DNA from: a bacterium
Lineage (GTDB): Bacteria; JAMCPX01
Direction: 5' to 3'
DNA length: 18,132 nt
Assembly (NCBI GenBank): GCA_037439545.1
Contig: JBBIVV010000040.1
Location: 1-18,132 of the forward strand
Part shown: positions 8,686 through 18,093 of the stretch, one piece after another
How positions within the stretch are numbered: the stretch's first letter is position 1
How the letters are laid out: the number at the start of each line of letters is the position of its first letter
Notes under the pieces: model-generated
The model's database searches: none
Told to the model about the DNA's origin: nothing
The model's input: only the letters and a program-made list of their open reading frames with translations
Translations under genes and position numbers: made by a program

Positions 8686-8759
8686 GTTATGTCATTCCGT
8701 GCTTGACACGGAATCCAATTCTTATTTATATGGATTCCCGCTTTCGCGGAATTGATAAC
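8686..8759. repeat. REP/RPE-like inverted palindrome doublet in the nuoK-nuoL spacer
   Basis: GTCATTCCGTGCTTGACACGGAATCCA (8691-8717) and TGGATTCCCGCTTTCGCGGAATTGATA (8731-8757). Each unit is a hairpin, the two are inverted relative to each other, and a 13-nt AT-rich spacer separates them. Confidence 0.75.
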
Positions 8760-8836
8760 GATGAGCATGCATTCCCACTTGAAAGAAGAGCTTATACCGG
8801 CATATTTTCGTGCAATTATTTTATGCATATATCTTT

Positions 8837-9160
8837 TTATCCTTTCAGTGTGTCTTCTTTATCCAGATCTATAGTTCTTGTTACCTTGTAGATCGAGATA
8901 ACTATCGAGAGTGCCACAGCAACCTCTGCCGCAGCGATCACTATCGAAAACAGAGCGAATACCTGGCCATTGACCGCCGGTGCCGGCTCAACGAACTTTG
9001 AAAATGCCACAAGGTTTATATTGGCTGAATTCAGCATAAGCTCTATACTCATCAACACTGCAATTGCGTTCTTTCTTGTCAGAACACCAAATACGCCGAT
9101 AGAAAATAATATGCCGGAAAGAATGAGGCAGTCTGACAATGTCATATACCAATTCATCAT
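8837..9160 (-). CDS. nuoK: NADH-quinone oxidoreductase subunit K
   Basis: RKNAIAVLMSIELMLNSANINLVAF, GQVFALF and AAAEVAVAL. Confidence 0.97.
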   Translation of the reverse strand: MMNWYMTLSDCLILSGILFSIGVFGVLTRKNAIAVLMSIELMLNSANINLVAFSKFVEPAPAVNGQVFALFSIVIAAAEVAVALSIVISIYKVTRTIDLDKEDTLKG

Positions 9161-9727
9161 TTATGCTTCCTCCCTGTCATTTCCCGCCCCTGTCTTCTTT
9201 TCCATCCGCTTTTCATGTCTTTCCCTCACCTCCGACCGGATCAGATATGCCGCACCGACCATTGCAAGAACAAGAAGTATCGATGCAAGCTCGAACGGAA
9301 GCAGGTAGTTTGTCAGCAATTGCATGCCTATTGGCTGTGTGGTCGGCGCATCTGCCTTATATCCTACATATAACCATGCGACCGGTTTGACCGAATAATA
9401 TATGATGGTAAAGGTAATAATTGCGCTGACCGTACCCATGACCACGGTACCAAGCTTATTGAACATATCGACACTGTAAGAATTATGGGTGAGCATAACC
9501 CCGAATACGATAAGTATCAGAACGCCGCCGATATATATGAGCACCTGTGTTACACCTACAAAATCCGCTCCAAGCAGTATGTATATGCCCGCAACGCCGA
9601 ACAGTGTAAAAAACAATGCGAATGCAGACCTTACGATGTTTCTCAGCAGGACGACCAGCAATGCGGAACCTATTATCATGGCTGCAAAAAAATAAAAGAA
9701 TAGTGCCTGTACTGTATTGGAATCCAT
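9161..9727 (-). CDS. nuoJ: NADH-quinone oxidoreductase subunit J
   Basis: RNIVRSA, LGADFVGVTQVLIYIGGVLIL and YLLPFELASILLVLAMVGA. Confidence 0.96.
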   Translation of the reverse strand: MDSNTVQALFFYFFAAMIIGSALLVVLLRNIVRSAFALFFTLFGVAGIYILLGADFVGVTQVLIYIGGVLILIVFGVMLTHNSYSVDMFNKLGTVVMGTVSAIITFTIIYYSVKPVAWLYVGYKADAPTTQPIGMQLLTNYLLPFELASILLVLAMVGAAYLIRSEVRERHEKRMEKKTGAGNDREEA

Positions 9728-9750
9728 CTTATGTCACCGGTCCTTTGTAT

Positions 9751-10224
9751 TCATTTTACAGCTTCTTTTTCTTCCTTTTTATCTTCCGGCTTTTTCTCCG
9801 CCGGTTTTAATTCTCCGAGACCGAAGTGGGAAACCAGACCTTCTTTGGAATAACTTGAAAACTCATACTTCTTCTCGAAATAAAGACAATTATCGACAGG
9901 ACATGCCTCGACACAAAGACCGCAGTATATACATTTTGCATTGTCTATATCGAAAACCACGGGTCTTAATTTTTTGTTTTCATCACGGACCGTTTTCAAT
10001 GTTATCACATCGACCGGACATATCCTTGCACATGCCGTACATCCGGTACAGATATTGATATCGACAAACAACTTCCCCCTGAATCTATCATACGGCTCTC
10101 TCTTGACCTCCGGGTACTGCTGCGTGACCTCGGTCCCAGGATTTACACCATAGCGAATCGTGATGCCCATTCCCGTTAAAACGGATTTTATAGAATCGAA
10201 CATTTTCTTAAAATATTCTGACAT
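9751..10224 (-). CDS. nuoI: NADH-quinone oxidoreductase subunit I (2x[4Fe-4S])
   Basis: TQQYPE, RFRG, CTGCTACARICP and CIYCGLCVEACP. GGAG RBS 5 nt before ATG 10224 (the ORF track starts at TTG 10227). Confidence 0.96.
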   Translation of the reverse strand: MSEYFKKMFDSIKSVLTGMGITIRYGVNPGTEVTQQYPEVKREPYDRFRGKLFVDINICTGCTACARICPVDVITLKTVRDENKKLRPVVFDIDNAKCIYCGLCVEACPVDNCLYFEKKYEFSSYSKEGLVSHFGLGELKPAEKKPEDKKEEKEAVK

Positions 10225-10234
10225 CAACTCTCCA

Positions 10235-11353
10235 TCAGTGTATCAATAATCCTGCAATAATATCATAAACACCCTTGCCGTTGAGTAACAACACCCATAC
10301 ACTCGCACCTATGAGATTAAAGAAGGCAATGGGCGTCAGGTATTTCCAGCATAACTCCATAAGCTGATCGACACGCAGCCGCGGCAGGGTCCACCGGATC
10401 CACATCATCAAATAGATGAGGAGAAAAATCTTCGTGAAGAAGACCGCCACCTCAAGCACCTCCCTCAGCCAGAGAGGCATTGAAAGTGCTCCTATAAACG
10501 GAATCTGCCATCCTCCGAGGAAAAGGGTTACTGCAATAGCACTCACGACAAACATATCTCCGTATTCTGCCATAAAGAAGAAAGCAAAACGCATACCCGT
10601 GTACTCCGTATGATACCCGGCGACAATCTCCGACTCCGCTTCCGGTATATCGAACGGTGTCCTGTTCACCTCTGCTATGGCAGCTATGTAATACACAAAG
10701 AATGCGAGGAGCGTAAACGGGTTATTGAATATCAACCACCTGAATATGCCGAACCCGCCCGATTGATAAACTATGATGTCTTTCATAGTGAGGGATGCGG
10801 GTATGATGAGCGCGGCGAGAAGTGAAAGAATAATCGGTATTTCATAGCTTACAATCTGTGCAACCGCACGCATGCCGCCGAACAACGACCATTTGTTGTT
10901 TGAGCCCCATGCTCCCATGAGTACTGCCATCGATACGACGGATGAGATCGCTATCATATAGAGTATACCTACATTAAGGTTTGCGACATATACATGATCA
11001 CTGTAAGACAGAGGCACAAATGCTGCAAAGGATGCTGTAAAAACAATATACGGTGCTGCTATGAACAGCCATTTATCTGCATAAAAAGGGATAATATCCT
11101 CTTTCAGCAAAAGTTTCACACCGTCGGCAATGAACTGTAAAAACCCGTAGGGACCTACCCTGTTAGGGCCTATCCGTGCCTGAATATCCCCTGCAACCTT
11201 CCTTTCGGCATACGTTGCAACTCCCTCATATAACAGGGCAACAGCAAGCACAATCACCCCGGAAACGAGCATTATTATGGTGGTTACGACTATCCTCATG
11301 AACGGACCGGCATTCGAAAGACCAGCAGTCATATGTTCGATCAAGCTTATCAT
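10235..11353 (-). CDS. nuoH: NADH-quinone oxidoreductase subunit H
   Basis: ERKVAGDIQARIGPNRVGP, ADGVKLLLKED, AEVNRTPFDIPEAESE and RWTLPRLRVDQLM. ATGA overlap with nuoD. Confidence 0.97.
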   Translation of the reverse strand: MISLIEHMTAGLSNAGPFMRIVVTTIIMLVSGVIVLAVALLYEGVATYAERKVAGDIQARIGPNRVGPYGFLQFIADGVKLLLKEDIIPFYADKWLFIAAPYIVFTASFAAFVPLSYSDHVYVANLNVGILYMIAISSVVSMAVLMGAWGSNNKWSLFGGMRAVAQIVSYEIPIILSLLAALIIPASLTMKDIIVYQSGGFGIFRWLIFNNPFTLLAFFVYYIAAIAEVNRTPFDIPEAESEIVAGYHTEYTGMRFAFFFMAEYGDMFVVSAIAVTLFLGGWQIPFIGALSMPLWLREVLEVAVFFTKIFLLIYLMMWIRWTLPRLRVDQLMELCWKYLTPIAFFNLIGASVWVLLLNGKGVYDIIAGLLIH

Positions 11354-12468
11354 CTGTCAATCTCCGGCAGTATGATATCCAGACTCCCGATAATGGCTAT
11401 GAGATCAGCCATCATAACGCCCCTGGCAAGTTTCGTAATAATGCTGAGGTTTGCAAAAGACGGCGCCCTGATCTTCAATCTATACGGTTTGGCAGAGCCG
11501 TCACTTATAAGATAAAAACCGAGCTCACCTCTTGGATTCTCTGCCCGCACATAGACTTCTCCTGCAGGAGGTTTTAATACCTTTGATATCTTTGCAGTAT
11601 AATCCCCTGCCTCCAGCATATCCAGGCACTGCCTCACGATATTTGCCGATTGTTCCATTTCATAGATACGCATCATATACCTGTCCCATGAATCACCGAC
11701 CTTACCCATTTCGCCTTTTCCGACAGGTATATCGAAATCAAGCTCGTTGTATATAAGGTATGGCTCGGCGCGCCTGAGGTCCCACTTTATTCCGGATGCC
11801 CTTAAATTCGGGCCCGTAACACCATAATCAAACGCATCTTCAGGGCTTATAACAGCAATATTGGCAAGCCTTTTTATAAAGATTGCATTGAATGAGAGGA
11901 GTTCGTTGTATTCTTTTATCTTGGCAGGGAAATAATCAAGAAATTCTCTCGTTTTATCTATAAAACCCTCTGGAATATCTTGAGAAACTCCGCCTATCCT
12001 GATATAATTATAAGTGAGTCTGGCACCACATGTCATTTCAAAAAGATCATTGATAAACTCTCTCTCTCTAATGCCGAAAAGGAACGGAGTAAACGCCCCC
12101 ATATCGGCTGAAAATGAACCGAATGATATGAGATGGCTCGATATCCTGTTCAACTCAGCCATGATTACCCGCAGAATCTGTGCCCTGCGTGGTATCTCTA
12201 CATTGAGGAGCTTCTCGACCGTCATCGCATAAGCGAGATTGCAGTTCATCGCGGCAAGGTAATCGAGCCTGTCTGTGAATGGAGTAAACTGGGGATAGGT
12301 CAGCCTTTCTGCAATTTTCTCAAGTCCCCTGTGAAGATAACCGATATAGGGCTTTACACCGCTTAAAACTTCACCGTCGGTCGTTACCAGCAGTCTGAGT
12401 ACGCCATGGGTACTCGGATGCTGGGGACCCATGCTTATCTGCATGAATTTTTCGTCAGTTCCAGCCAT
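11350..12468 (-). CDS. nuoD: NADH-quinone oxidoreductase subunit D
   Basis: MGPQHPSTHGVLRL, GYLHRGLEK, DRLDY, ENPRGELG, RAPSF and terminal EIDR. No NiFe-binding CxxC pairs. Confidence 0.97.
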   Translation of the reverse strand: MAGTDEKFMQISMGPQHPSTHGVLRLLVTTDGEVLSGVKPYIGYLHRGLEKIAERLTYPQFTPFTDRLDYLAAMNCNLAYAMTVEKLLNVEIPRRAQILRVIMAELNRISSHLISFGSFSADMGAFTPFLFGIREREFINDLFEMTCGARLTYNYIRIGGVSQDIPEGFIDKTREFLDYFPAKIKEYNELLSFNAIFIKRLANIAVISPEDAFDYGVTGPNLRASGIKWDLRRAEPYLIYNELDFDIPVGKGEMGKVGDSWDRYMMRIYEMEQSANIVRQCLDMLEAGDYTAKISKVLKPPAGEVYVRAENPRGELGFYLISDGSAKPYRLKIRAPSFANLSIITKLARGVMMADLIAIIGSLDIILPEIDR

Positions 12469-12942
12469 CTAAACATCCCATGTATGGTAACGCTTTGGAT
12501 AAACATAATCTTTACGCATCGGATAACCTTCCCAATCTTCCGGCATAAGTATTCTTCTGAGGTCGGAATGCCCGTCGAATATGACCCCGAAAAGATCATA
12601 AACTTCCCTTTCGTACCAGTCAGCCACAGGCCAGACACTCTCAACCGTCGGAATATGAGGGTTACTTCTGTCGAGCTCTGCCTTTATGGAGATAGTATGC
12701 TTATGCTTCATTGAACCGAGATGATACACGACAGCCATTTTATTCTGTTCCTTCAGATCGACACCGCTTAAACAAATAAGTGACAGGAATTCCAATCCAT
12801 CTTCTTTTTTCAGGAACCTGCACACATCGACCACGGCATCAGCTTCTACAAATATAGAAGCGGGAAATGTATTTTCCTGGAGCTGTTTCATTTTACCGGA
12901 GAATTTCTCAGACAATATGCCGTAAATCTTCTTTGGTTCCAT
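12469..12942 (-). CDS. nuoC: NADH-quinone oxidoreductase subunit C
   Basis: LSGVD, VVYHL, ADWYEREVYDLFGVIFDGHSDLRRILMPEDWEGYPMRKDY. True start is ATG 12942, overlapping the nuoB stop (TAATG). Confidence 0.96.
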   Translation of the reverse strand: MEPKKIYGILSEKFSGKMKQLQENTFPASIFVEADAVVDVCRFLKKEDGLEFLSLICLSGVDLKEQNKMAVVYHLGSMKHKHTISIKAELDRSNPHIPTVESVWPVADWYEREVYDLFGVIFDGHSDLRRILMPEDWEGYPMRKDYVYPKRYHTWDV

Positions 12943-13427
12943 TATTTCTTCACCAGGTTCTTGCCTTTCATAATTTTTTCCTGCAGTTTCATAATTCCTT
13001 CTATCAAAGCCTCCGGCTTTGGCGGACACCCGGGGATATAAACATCGACGGGAATTATTTTATCCACACCTTTCAGCACCGAGTAGGAGTCTTTGAAAAA
13101 CGGTCCGCCTGTATTTGCACAGCTCCCCATGGCAATTACATACTTCGGGGCCGGCATCTGATCGTAAAGCCTTTTTACCCTGTCAGCCATCAAATGCGTA
13201 ATGGTGCCTGCTACTATCATAAGGTCTGACTGTCTCGGTGACGCCCTGAAAAGGGTCCCGAACCTGTCAAGATCATAACGTGCTGCACCTGCCTGCATCA
13301 GCTCGATACCACAGCACGCGGTTGCAAATAACATGTACCATAAGGATGACTTTTTAGACCAATTGAGAAATTTATCCGCATTGGTAAAAAGTATATTGTC
13401 AGGAAATTTGTCTTCCAATACACCCAT
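12942..13427 (-). CDS. nuoB: NADH-quinone oxidoreductase subunit B
   Basis: ACCGIE tandem Cys (N2 ligands), [13 protein letters not shown] and YIPGCPP. Confidence 0.97.
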   Translation of the reverse strand: MGVLEDKFPDNILFTNADKFLNWSKKSSLWYMLFATACCGIELMQAGAARYDLDRFGTLFRASPRQSDLMIVAGTITHLMADRVKRLYDQMPAPKYVIAMGSCANTGGPFFKDSYSVLKGVDKIIPVDVYIPGCPPKPEALIEGIMKLQEKIMKGKNLVKK

Positions 13428-13822
13428 TATTTTTTCTCTTCACCTTCTTTAAGATTGCCGAGAGCCTTAATCCAGTCAAGATCACCCATGCTCCACACAT
13501 AGGCAAACCCGACCAGAAGGATAACAATAAAAACAAGCACATCCATGAATGCAATCCAGCCTATGGATCTGAACACGACTGCCCATGGGAACAGGAACAC
13601 GACTTCAACATCGAAGATAACAAAAATAAGGGCTATCACATAGAACCTGATATTGAACGTGATCCAACTGTGGCCTATCGGCTCTTCACCGCATTCATAG
13701 TTGCTCATCTTTATCATATTGGGCTCGGCCGGCCTTACAAGCCTTGCGAGCAATAAGGTAATACCGACAAAGATGATTCCTATTGCTAAAAACACAAACA
13801 CATTTGAGAAATCAATCATCAT
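13427..13822 (-). CDS. nuoA: NADH-quinone oxidoreductase subunit A
   Basis: [29 protein letters not shown] and GDLDW. Start moved to ATG 13822 (GGGTG RBS 6 nt upstream). TAATG overlap with nuoB. Confidence 0.96.
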   Translation of the reverse strand: MMIDFSNVFVFLAIGIIFVGITLLLARLVRPAEPNMIKMSNYECGEEPIGHSWITFNIRFYVIALIFVIFDVEVVFLFPWAVVFRSIGWIAFMDVLVFIVILLVGFAYVWSMGDLDWIKALGNLKEGEEKK

Positions 13823-13832
13823 TTTTTTCACC

Positions 13833-13847
13833 CGTATACTGTATACG
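13833..13847. promoter_or_regulatory. Perfect 7-1-7 palindrome directly upstream of the nuoA RBS (candidate operator)
   Basis: CGTATAC-T-GTATACG. A minus-strand TTGACA lies about 30 nt further upstream (13878-13873). Confidence 0.45.
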
Positions 13848-13989
13848 CTTGCTACATTAAAAAATAAAGTCTTGTCAAGGATTGTGGTCAATATTTTATC
13901 GTAAGATGACTTGTTTTCAGGACAAAGTCCGGGGATATCGCAGAATCATTATGGCAGCTATCCAGACGAAGCTCTTCCCGAGCGTAGTC

Positions 13990-14079
13990 TGGCGGAGGGA
14001 GTAGGATTCGAACCCACGATCCACTTGCGCAGATAACGGTTTTCAAGACCGTCGCCTTAAACCACTCGGCCATCCCTCC
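13990..14079 (-). tRNA. tRNA-Ser (anticodon TGA)
   Basis: Reverse complement GGAGGGATGGCCGAGTGGTTTAAGGCGACGGTC-T-TGA-AA-ACCGTTATCTGCGCAAGTGGATCGTGGGTTCGAATCCTACTCCCTCCGCCA. 90 nt with acceptor stem, long variable arm, GGTTCGAATCC T-arm, G discriminator and encoded CCA. Confidence 0.97.
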
Positions 14080-14134
14080 ATATCAGAGTTATAAAAATAA
14101 CAAATTTATCCGAATAATCAAGTATAATGCAACC

Positions 14135-15496
14135 TTATTCATACCGCAGCGTCTCCGCAGGCGGGAGTTTTGATGCCTTGTATGAAGGATATATGGTTGC
14201 AATAAAACTTATAATGACCGCTGCAACGGCAACTATAATAAATATTTCCGGCCGCATGGTGACCGGCAGTGTATCTATATAGTACACATCTTTCGGCAGG
14301 CTTACAAATTGATAATGCTGTAACAAGACGCAAACAAGATAACCGAAAAACAACCCGAGCATCGTGCCGATACATCCTATAAACAATCCCTGATAAACAA
14401 ATATCTCCATAATACTTTTATCCGTCGCACCGAGCGCCTTCAGGATGGCAATATCCTTGGTCTTCTCGACAACGACCATGATGAGGCTGCTGACGATGCC
14501 GAGAGCTCCGACCATGATAATCAGTATCAGAATGATGAACATGACCGTTTTTTCGAGCTTCAATGCCGTAAATAAATTCCTGTTCGTATCCTCCCAGCTC
14601 CTTGCATAATAAGGGAAGCCGAGCTCATTCTGGATTAGTTTTGCGACCTGTCTTGCCTTGAATATGTCCTTTATCTTTATCTCGAGCCCCGTTACATTAT
14701 CTCCCATATTCAGGAACTGCTGGGCATTGGCAAGAGAAAGATAGGCGAGACCTGAATCGTACTCATACATACCGGTAGAAAATATACCGGCAACCCTGAA
14801 CTTCTTCATCCTCGGTATCATTCCGAGCGGAGTCATAATGCCGAGCGGTGAGATAATATTTACCGTATCACCATCTTCAACGCCGAGACTCCGGGCAAGC
14901 TCCTTGCCGATGATTATGCCCCCGATTCTGGCATTGCTCTCCGGATCCTTAAATGTCCCGGCAATCTGAGAAATGCTGCCGGCAATAATTTTTTTCGACA
15001 GATCGGTAACCTGGGTAACAGTCGTCGGATCAACGCCCCTGAGAACAACACCGGTAACATTGCCATGAGATGAAAGCATGGCCTGACTGTAAATAAACGG
15101 CGTGATACCTTCAATTTGCTTTGTAAGACCCACGTCCTCATCATGCAGGACGACTTCCGTGAATGAATGCAGGATATTTTTTTTATCTTTATTATGCTGC
15201 TCGTCGTATTGTTTGTTTATGTCATTCTTCATTGTGTGTTTGAGGAAGTAGCTTATGTTCTTGTACTTATCCATGCCTCCGGAGAATTTAAGTACGACAA
15301 TGTGCGCATTTGTCCCGAGTATTTTACCTCTTAAGTCGTCCTCAAAACCGGTCATGACAGAGAGGACGATGATAAGCGCCATCACACCCACCATGATACC
15401 GATAATCGACAGCAGGGTTATGATGGATATAAATCTCTGCTTTTTCTTCGACTTTATATACCTGAGGCTTACGCCCAATTCATAGCCCATACTCAT
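14135..15496 (-). CDS. lolE: Lipoprotein-releasing ABC transporter permease (LolC/E family)
   Basis: [67 protein letters not shown] and [12 protein letters not shown] overlap with lysS. Confidence 0.93.
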   Translation of the reverse strand: MSMGYELGVSLRYIKSKKKQRFISIITLLSIIGIMVGVMALIIVLSVMTGFEDDLRGKILGTNAHIVVLKFSGGMDKYKNISYFLKHTMKNDINKQYDEQHNKDKKNILHSFTEVVLHDEDVGLTKQIEGITPFIYSQAMLSSHGNVTGVVLRGVDPTTVTQVTDLSKKIIAGSISQIAGTFKDPESNARIGGIIIGKELARSLGVEDGDTVNIISPLGIMTPLGMIPRMKKFRVAGIFSTGMYEYDSGLAYLSLANAQQFLNMGDNVTGLEIKIKDIFKARQVAKLIQNELGFPYYARSWEDTNRNLFTALKLEKTVMFIILILIIMVGALGIVSSLIMVVVEKTKDIAILKALGATDKSIMEIFVYQGLFIGCIGTMLGLFFGYLVCVLLQHYQFVSLPKDVYYIDTLPVTMRPEIFIIVAVAAVIISFIATIYPSYKASKLPPAETLRYE

Positions 15497-16965
15497 TCCT
15501 GTTTCTTGAGCAGCGGGAACAGTATGACATCACGGATTGAAGAAGAGCCTGTTATGAGCATAACGAGCCTGTCAATCCCGATACCCTCGCCTGCCGTTGG
15601 AGGAAGCCCTGTTTCCAATGCGTTAATATAATCCTCATCGAGTTCTTTAAGCTCGTCCTCAGCGGTCTCTATCTGCTGTTTAAACCTTTCTTCCTGATCG
15701 ATGGGATCGTTCAACTCTGAAAAGGCATTCGCAACCTCAATACCTCCTATGTAGAGTTCGAAGCGGTCTACTCTGCCGGGCTGGTTGTCGTTCCTCCGTG
15801 CCAGCGGTGACACGTCCACGGGAAAACCTGTTATAAAAGTCGGCTGTATAAGTGCCCCTTCGACAACCCTATCGAAGATCTCGATCTGAATATCCGCAAC
15901 GCAGGCCGTCTTATCAACCTTGATATTATGGCTGTTACTATACTCTATGATTTTATCCCTGCTGTTCAATGCTTCGACAGTTATTCCGGTGTGTGCCGAC
16001 AGGGCATCATAGAATGAGAGTCTTTTATACGGTGGCGCAAGGATTATCTGCTGGTCGTTAAAGTTTACCGTACCGCTCATATCGAGCTGCTTGAGGACAA
16101 ATGCAACCAGAGCTTCTGTGAGCATCATAAGATCATTGTAATCCGCATAAGCGTGATAAAACTCGAGCATGGTGAATTCCGGATTATGTTTTGTCGATAC
16201 TCCCTCATTCCTGAAGTTCCTGTTTATTTCGAATACACGCTCCATGCCGCCCACAACGAGCCTTTTTAAATAAAGCTCCGGGGCAATCCTCAGATAAAGC
16301 GGCATGTCAAGTGCATTGTGATGGGTTTTAAAAGGCTTTGCCGAAGCACCGCCTGCAAGGGGCTGCATCATGGGTGTTTCAACCTCTATAAATTCCCTTG
16401 ATCTCAGGAATTCCCTTATCGACTCAATGATCTTTGCCCTTGTGATAAAGGTCTGTTTTACGCTTTCATTGACAATAAGATCGACATACCTTCGCCTGTA
16501 CCGTATCTCGATATCTTTCAGGCCGTGCCATTTTTCAGGCAGTGCTGACAATGTTTTATTCAGTATCCTGAATTTTGAAGCCCTGATAGTCAATTCGCCG
16601 GTTTTTGTTTTGAAAGGTGCGCCTTCTACCCAGACAATATCGCCGGCATCGAGCAGTTCATAGGCGGAGAATTCCTTATCATCGATCTTACCCTTTTGTA
16701 GGTATGCCTGAATCTTACCTGCCCTGTCCTGGATGACAATAAACCCCGATTTGCCGAAGTTCCTTATAATCATGACCCTGCCTGCAATGGAAACACTATC
16801 GGTTGTTCTCTCAAGTTCTTCTTGAGATTTCTCCTGGTAAAGGCTTAAAACCGTCTTCGATGTATGGAAAGGCTTCAAATCATTTGGATACAGTGGAAAC
16901 CCGAGCTCTTTTAACTGCTTTAGTTTCTTATACCTCGTCTGAAAAATTTCGTTATCTTCTTTCAT
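15493..16965 (-). CDS. lysS: Lysine--tRNA ligase (class II)
   Basis: [54 protein letters not shown] and [13 protein letters not shown] overlap with prfB. Confidence 0.98.
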   Translation of the reverse strand: MKEDNEIFQTRYKKLKQLKELGFPLYPNDLKPFHTSKTVLSLYQEKSQEELERTTDSVSIAGRVMIIRNFGKSGFIVIQDRAGKIQAYLQKGKIDDKEFSAYELLDAGDIVWVEGAPFKTKTGELTIRASKFRILNKTLSALPEKWHGLKDIEIRYRRRYVDLIVNESVKQTFITRAKIIESIREFLRSREFIEVETPMMQPLAGGASAKPFKTHHNALDMPLYLRIAPELYLKRLVVGGMERVFEINRNFRNEGVSTKHNPEFTMLEFYHAYADYNDLMMLTEALVAFVLKQLDMSGTVNFNDQQIILAPPYKRLSFYDALSAHTGITVEALNSRDKIIEYSNSHNIKVDKTACVADIQIEIFDRVVEGALIQPTFITGFPVDVSPLARRNDNQPGRVDRFELYIGGIEVANAFSELNDPIDQEERFKQQIETAEDELKELDEDYINALETGLPPTAGEGIGIDRLVMLITGSSSIRDVILFPLLKKQE

Positions 16966-18093
16966 TATGACTCCACCTGCTTTAAAAGATATGCTTCTAT
17001 AAAACCATCAAGCCTGCCCGCAAGCACCTCAAACGGCTCGTTTGACTGATACTCCGTCCTGTGATCCTTTACCATCTTGTAGGGATGCAGGACATAGGAC
17101 CTTATCTGGCTGCCCCATGATATATCTTTTTTTTGTGATTCAATTTTATCTTTTTCTTCCTGTCTTTTATGCAATTCCAGGTCATAAAGCCTGCTTTTAA
17201 GAAGCTTCATTGCTATCTCCTTATTTTTGAACTGCGACCGCTCATTCTGGCACTGCACAACTATACCCGATGGAGTATGCGTTATACGCACTGCTGTTTC
17301 AAGCTTGTTGACATTCTGCCCGCCGTGCCCTCCTGCCCTGTATGTATCGATACGCAGGTCTTTCTCGTCGATTTGTATGTTTATGTCCTCGTCGGCCTCG
17401 GGATATACAAAAACAGATGCAAATGAAGTATGCCTCCTTTTGTTTGAATCAAAAGGGGAAATGCGCACCAGCCTGTGCACGCCGGCCTCTGCCTTTAAAT
17501 ATCCATACGCATAGCTGCCCTCTACCTGTAGCGTCGCGTTCTTTATCCCTGCTTCTTCCCCTTCAAGATAATCGACGACAGAGACTTTAAACCCCTTTGA
17601 CTCGCCCCACATGGTATACATCCTCAACAACATCTGCGCCCAATCCTGCGCCTCTGTTCCGCCTGCACCTGAGTTTATGACAAGAATGGCATTATTTGCA
17701 TCCTGCTCATGCCTGAATATTTCCTTAAATTCGAGTGTCTTAATATCTTCAACGACGTCGTCGATCTCTTTTGAAAGCTGCTCACCGTAATCACCGGAAT
17801 TGTCCGATGTATCATCTTTTATCAGGGCAAGCATATCCTTTATATCGGCAATTTCATGGTCGAGCCGTGAAATTATCTTCAACAGCTCCTCGAGCCTGTT
17901 CTTCTCTTTTAATAATTTCGATTTCTGGGAAGATGCCTGCATCCTGTCTTTCCAGAAATCGGGTGCAGAAACGATACCGGTTAATTCGTCCACACGCGAT
18001 TGCATTGATTGGACATCAAAGATGCCCCCTTATAAGGGACATTTTTGTATCGGCTTTTTCAAGCGTCGTTTTTAACAACTCATAATTTAACAT
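16965..18093 (-). CDS. prfB: Peptide chain release factor 2, translated via +1 programmed frameshift
   Basis: Frame 0 from ATG 18093 gives [25 protein letters not shown], then TGA (18018-18016). The +1 frame continues [10 protein letters not shown] into the 16965..18005 [19 protein letters not shown] (SPF = RF2) and GGQ motifs are present. Confidence 0.97.
18015..18030 (-). other. RF2 +1 frameshift cassette
   Basis: AGGGGG-CAT-CTT-TGA-T: internal SD, 3-nt spacer, slippery CTT-T and in-frame UGA. Confidence 0.95.

Noticed and set aside
8703..8891. Small ORF containing MDSRFRG
   Set aside because: It is a translation of the palindromic repeat, antisense to the operon, with no RBS.
11350..13427. 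Group 4 [NiFe]-hydrogenase (Ech/Hyf/Mbh) instead of complex I
   Set aside because: The large subunit lacks both CxxC Ni-binding motifs, NuoB has tandem CC, and NuoA/J/K are present.
13893..13990. Genomic island integrated at tRNA-Ser
   Set aside because: No integrase, and no duplicate of the tRNA 3' end seen in the window. Downstream genes are core metabolism.
13990..14079. tRNA-Sec or opal suppressor
   Set aside because: The anticodon is TGA (reads UCA, Ser), not TCA, and the stems are of normal Ser type.
20..18085. Numerous short antisense or overlapping ORFs in the track (e.g. 1413..1853, 5929..6342, 13888..14073)
   Set aside because: They are shadows of well-supported genes or the tRNA, with no recognisable motifs or RBS.
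18006..18093. prfB as a frameshifted pseudogene or assembly error
   Set aside because: The break is at the canonical programmed site with internal SD and CTT-TGA.
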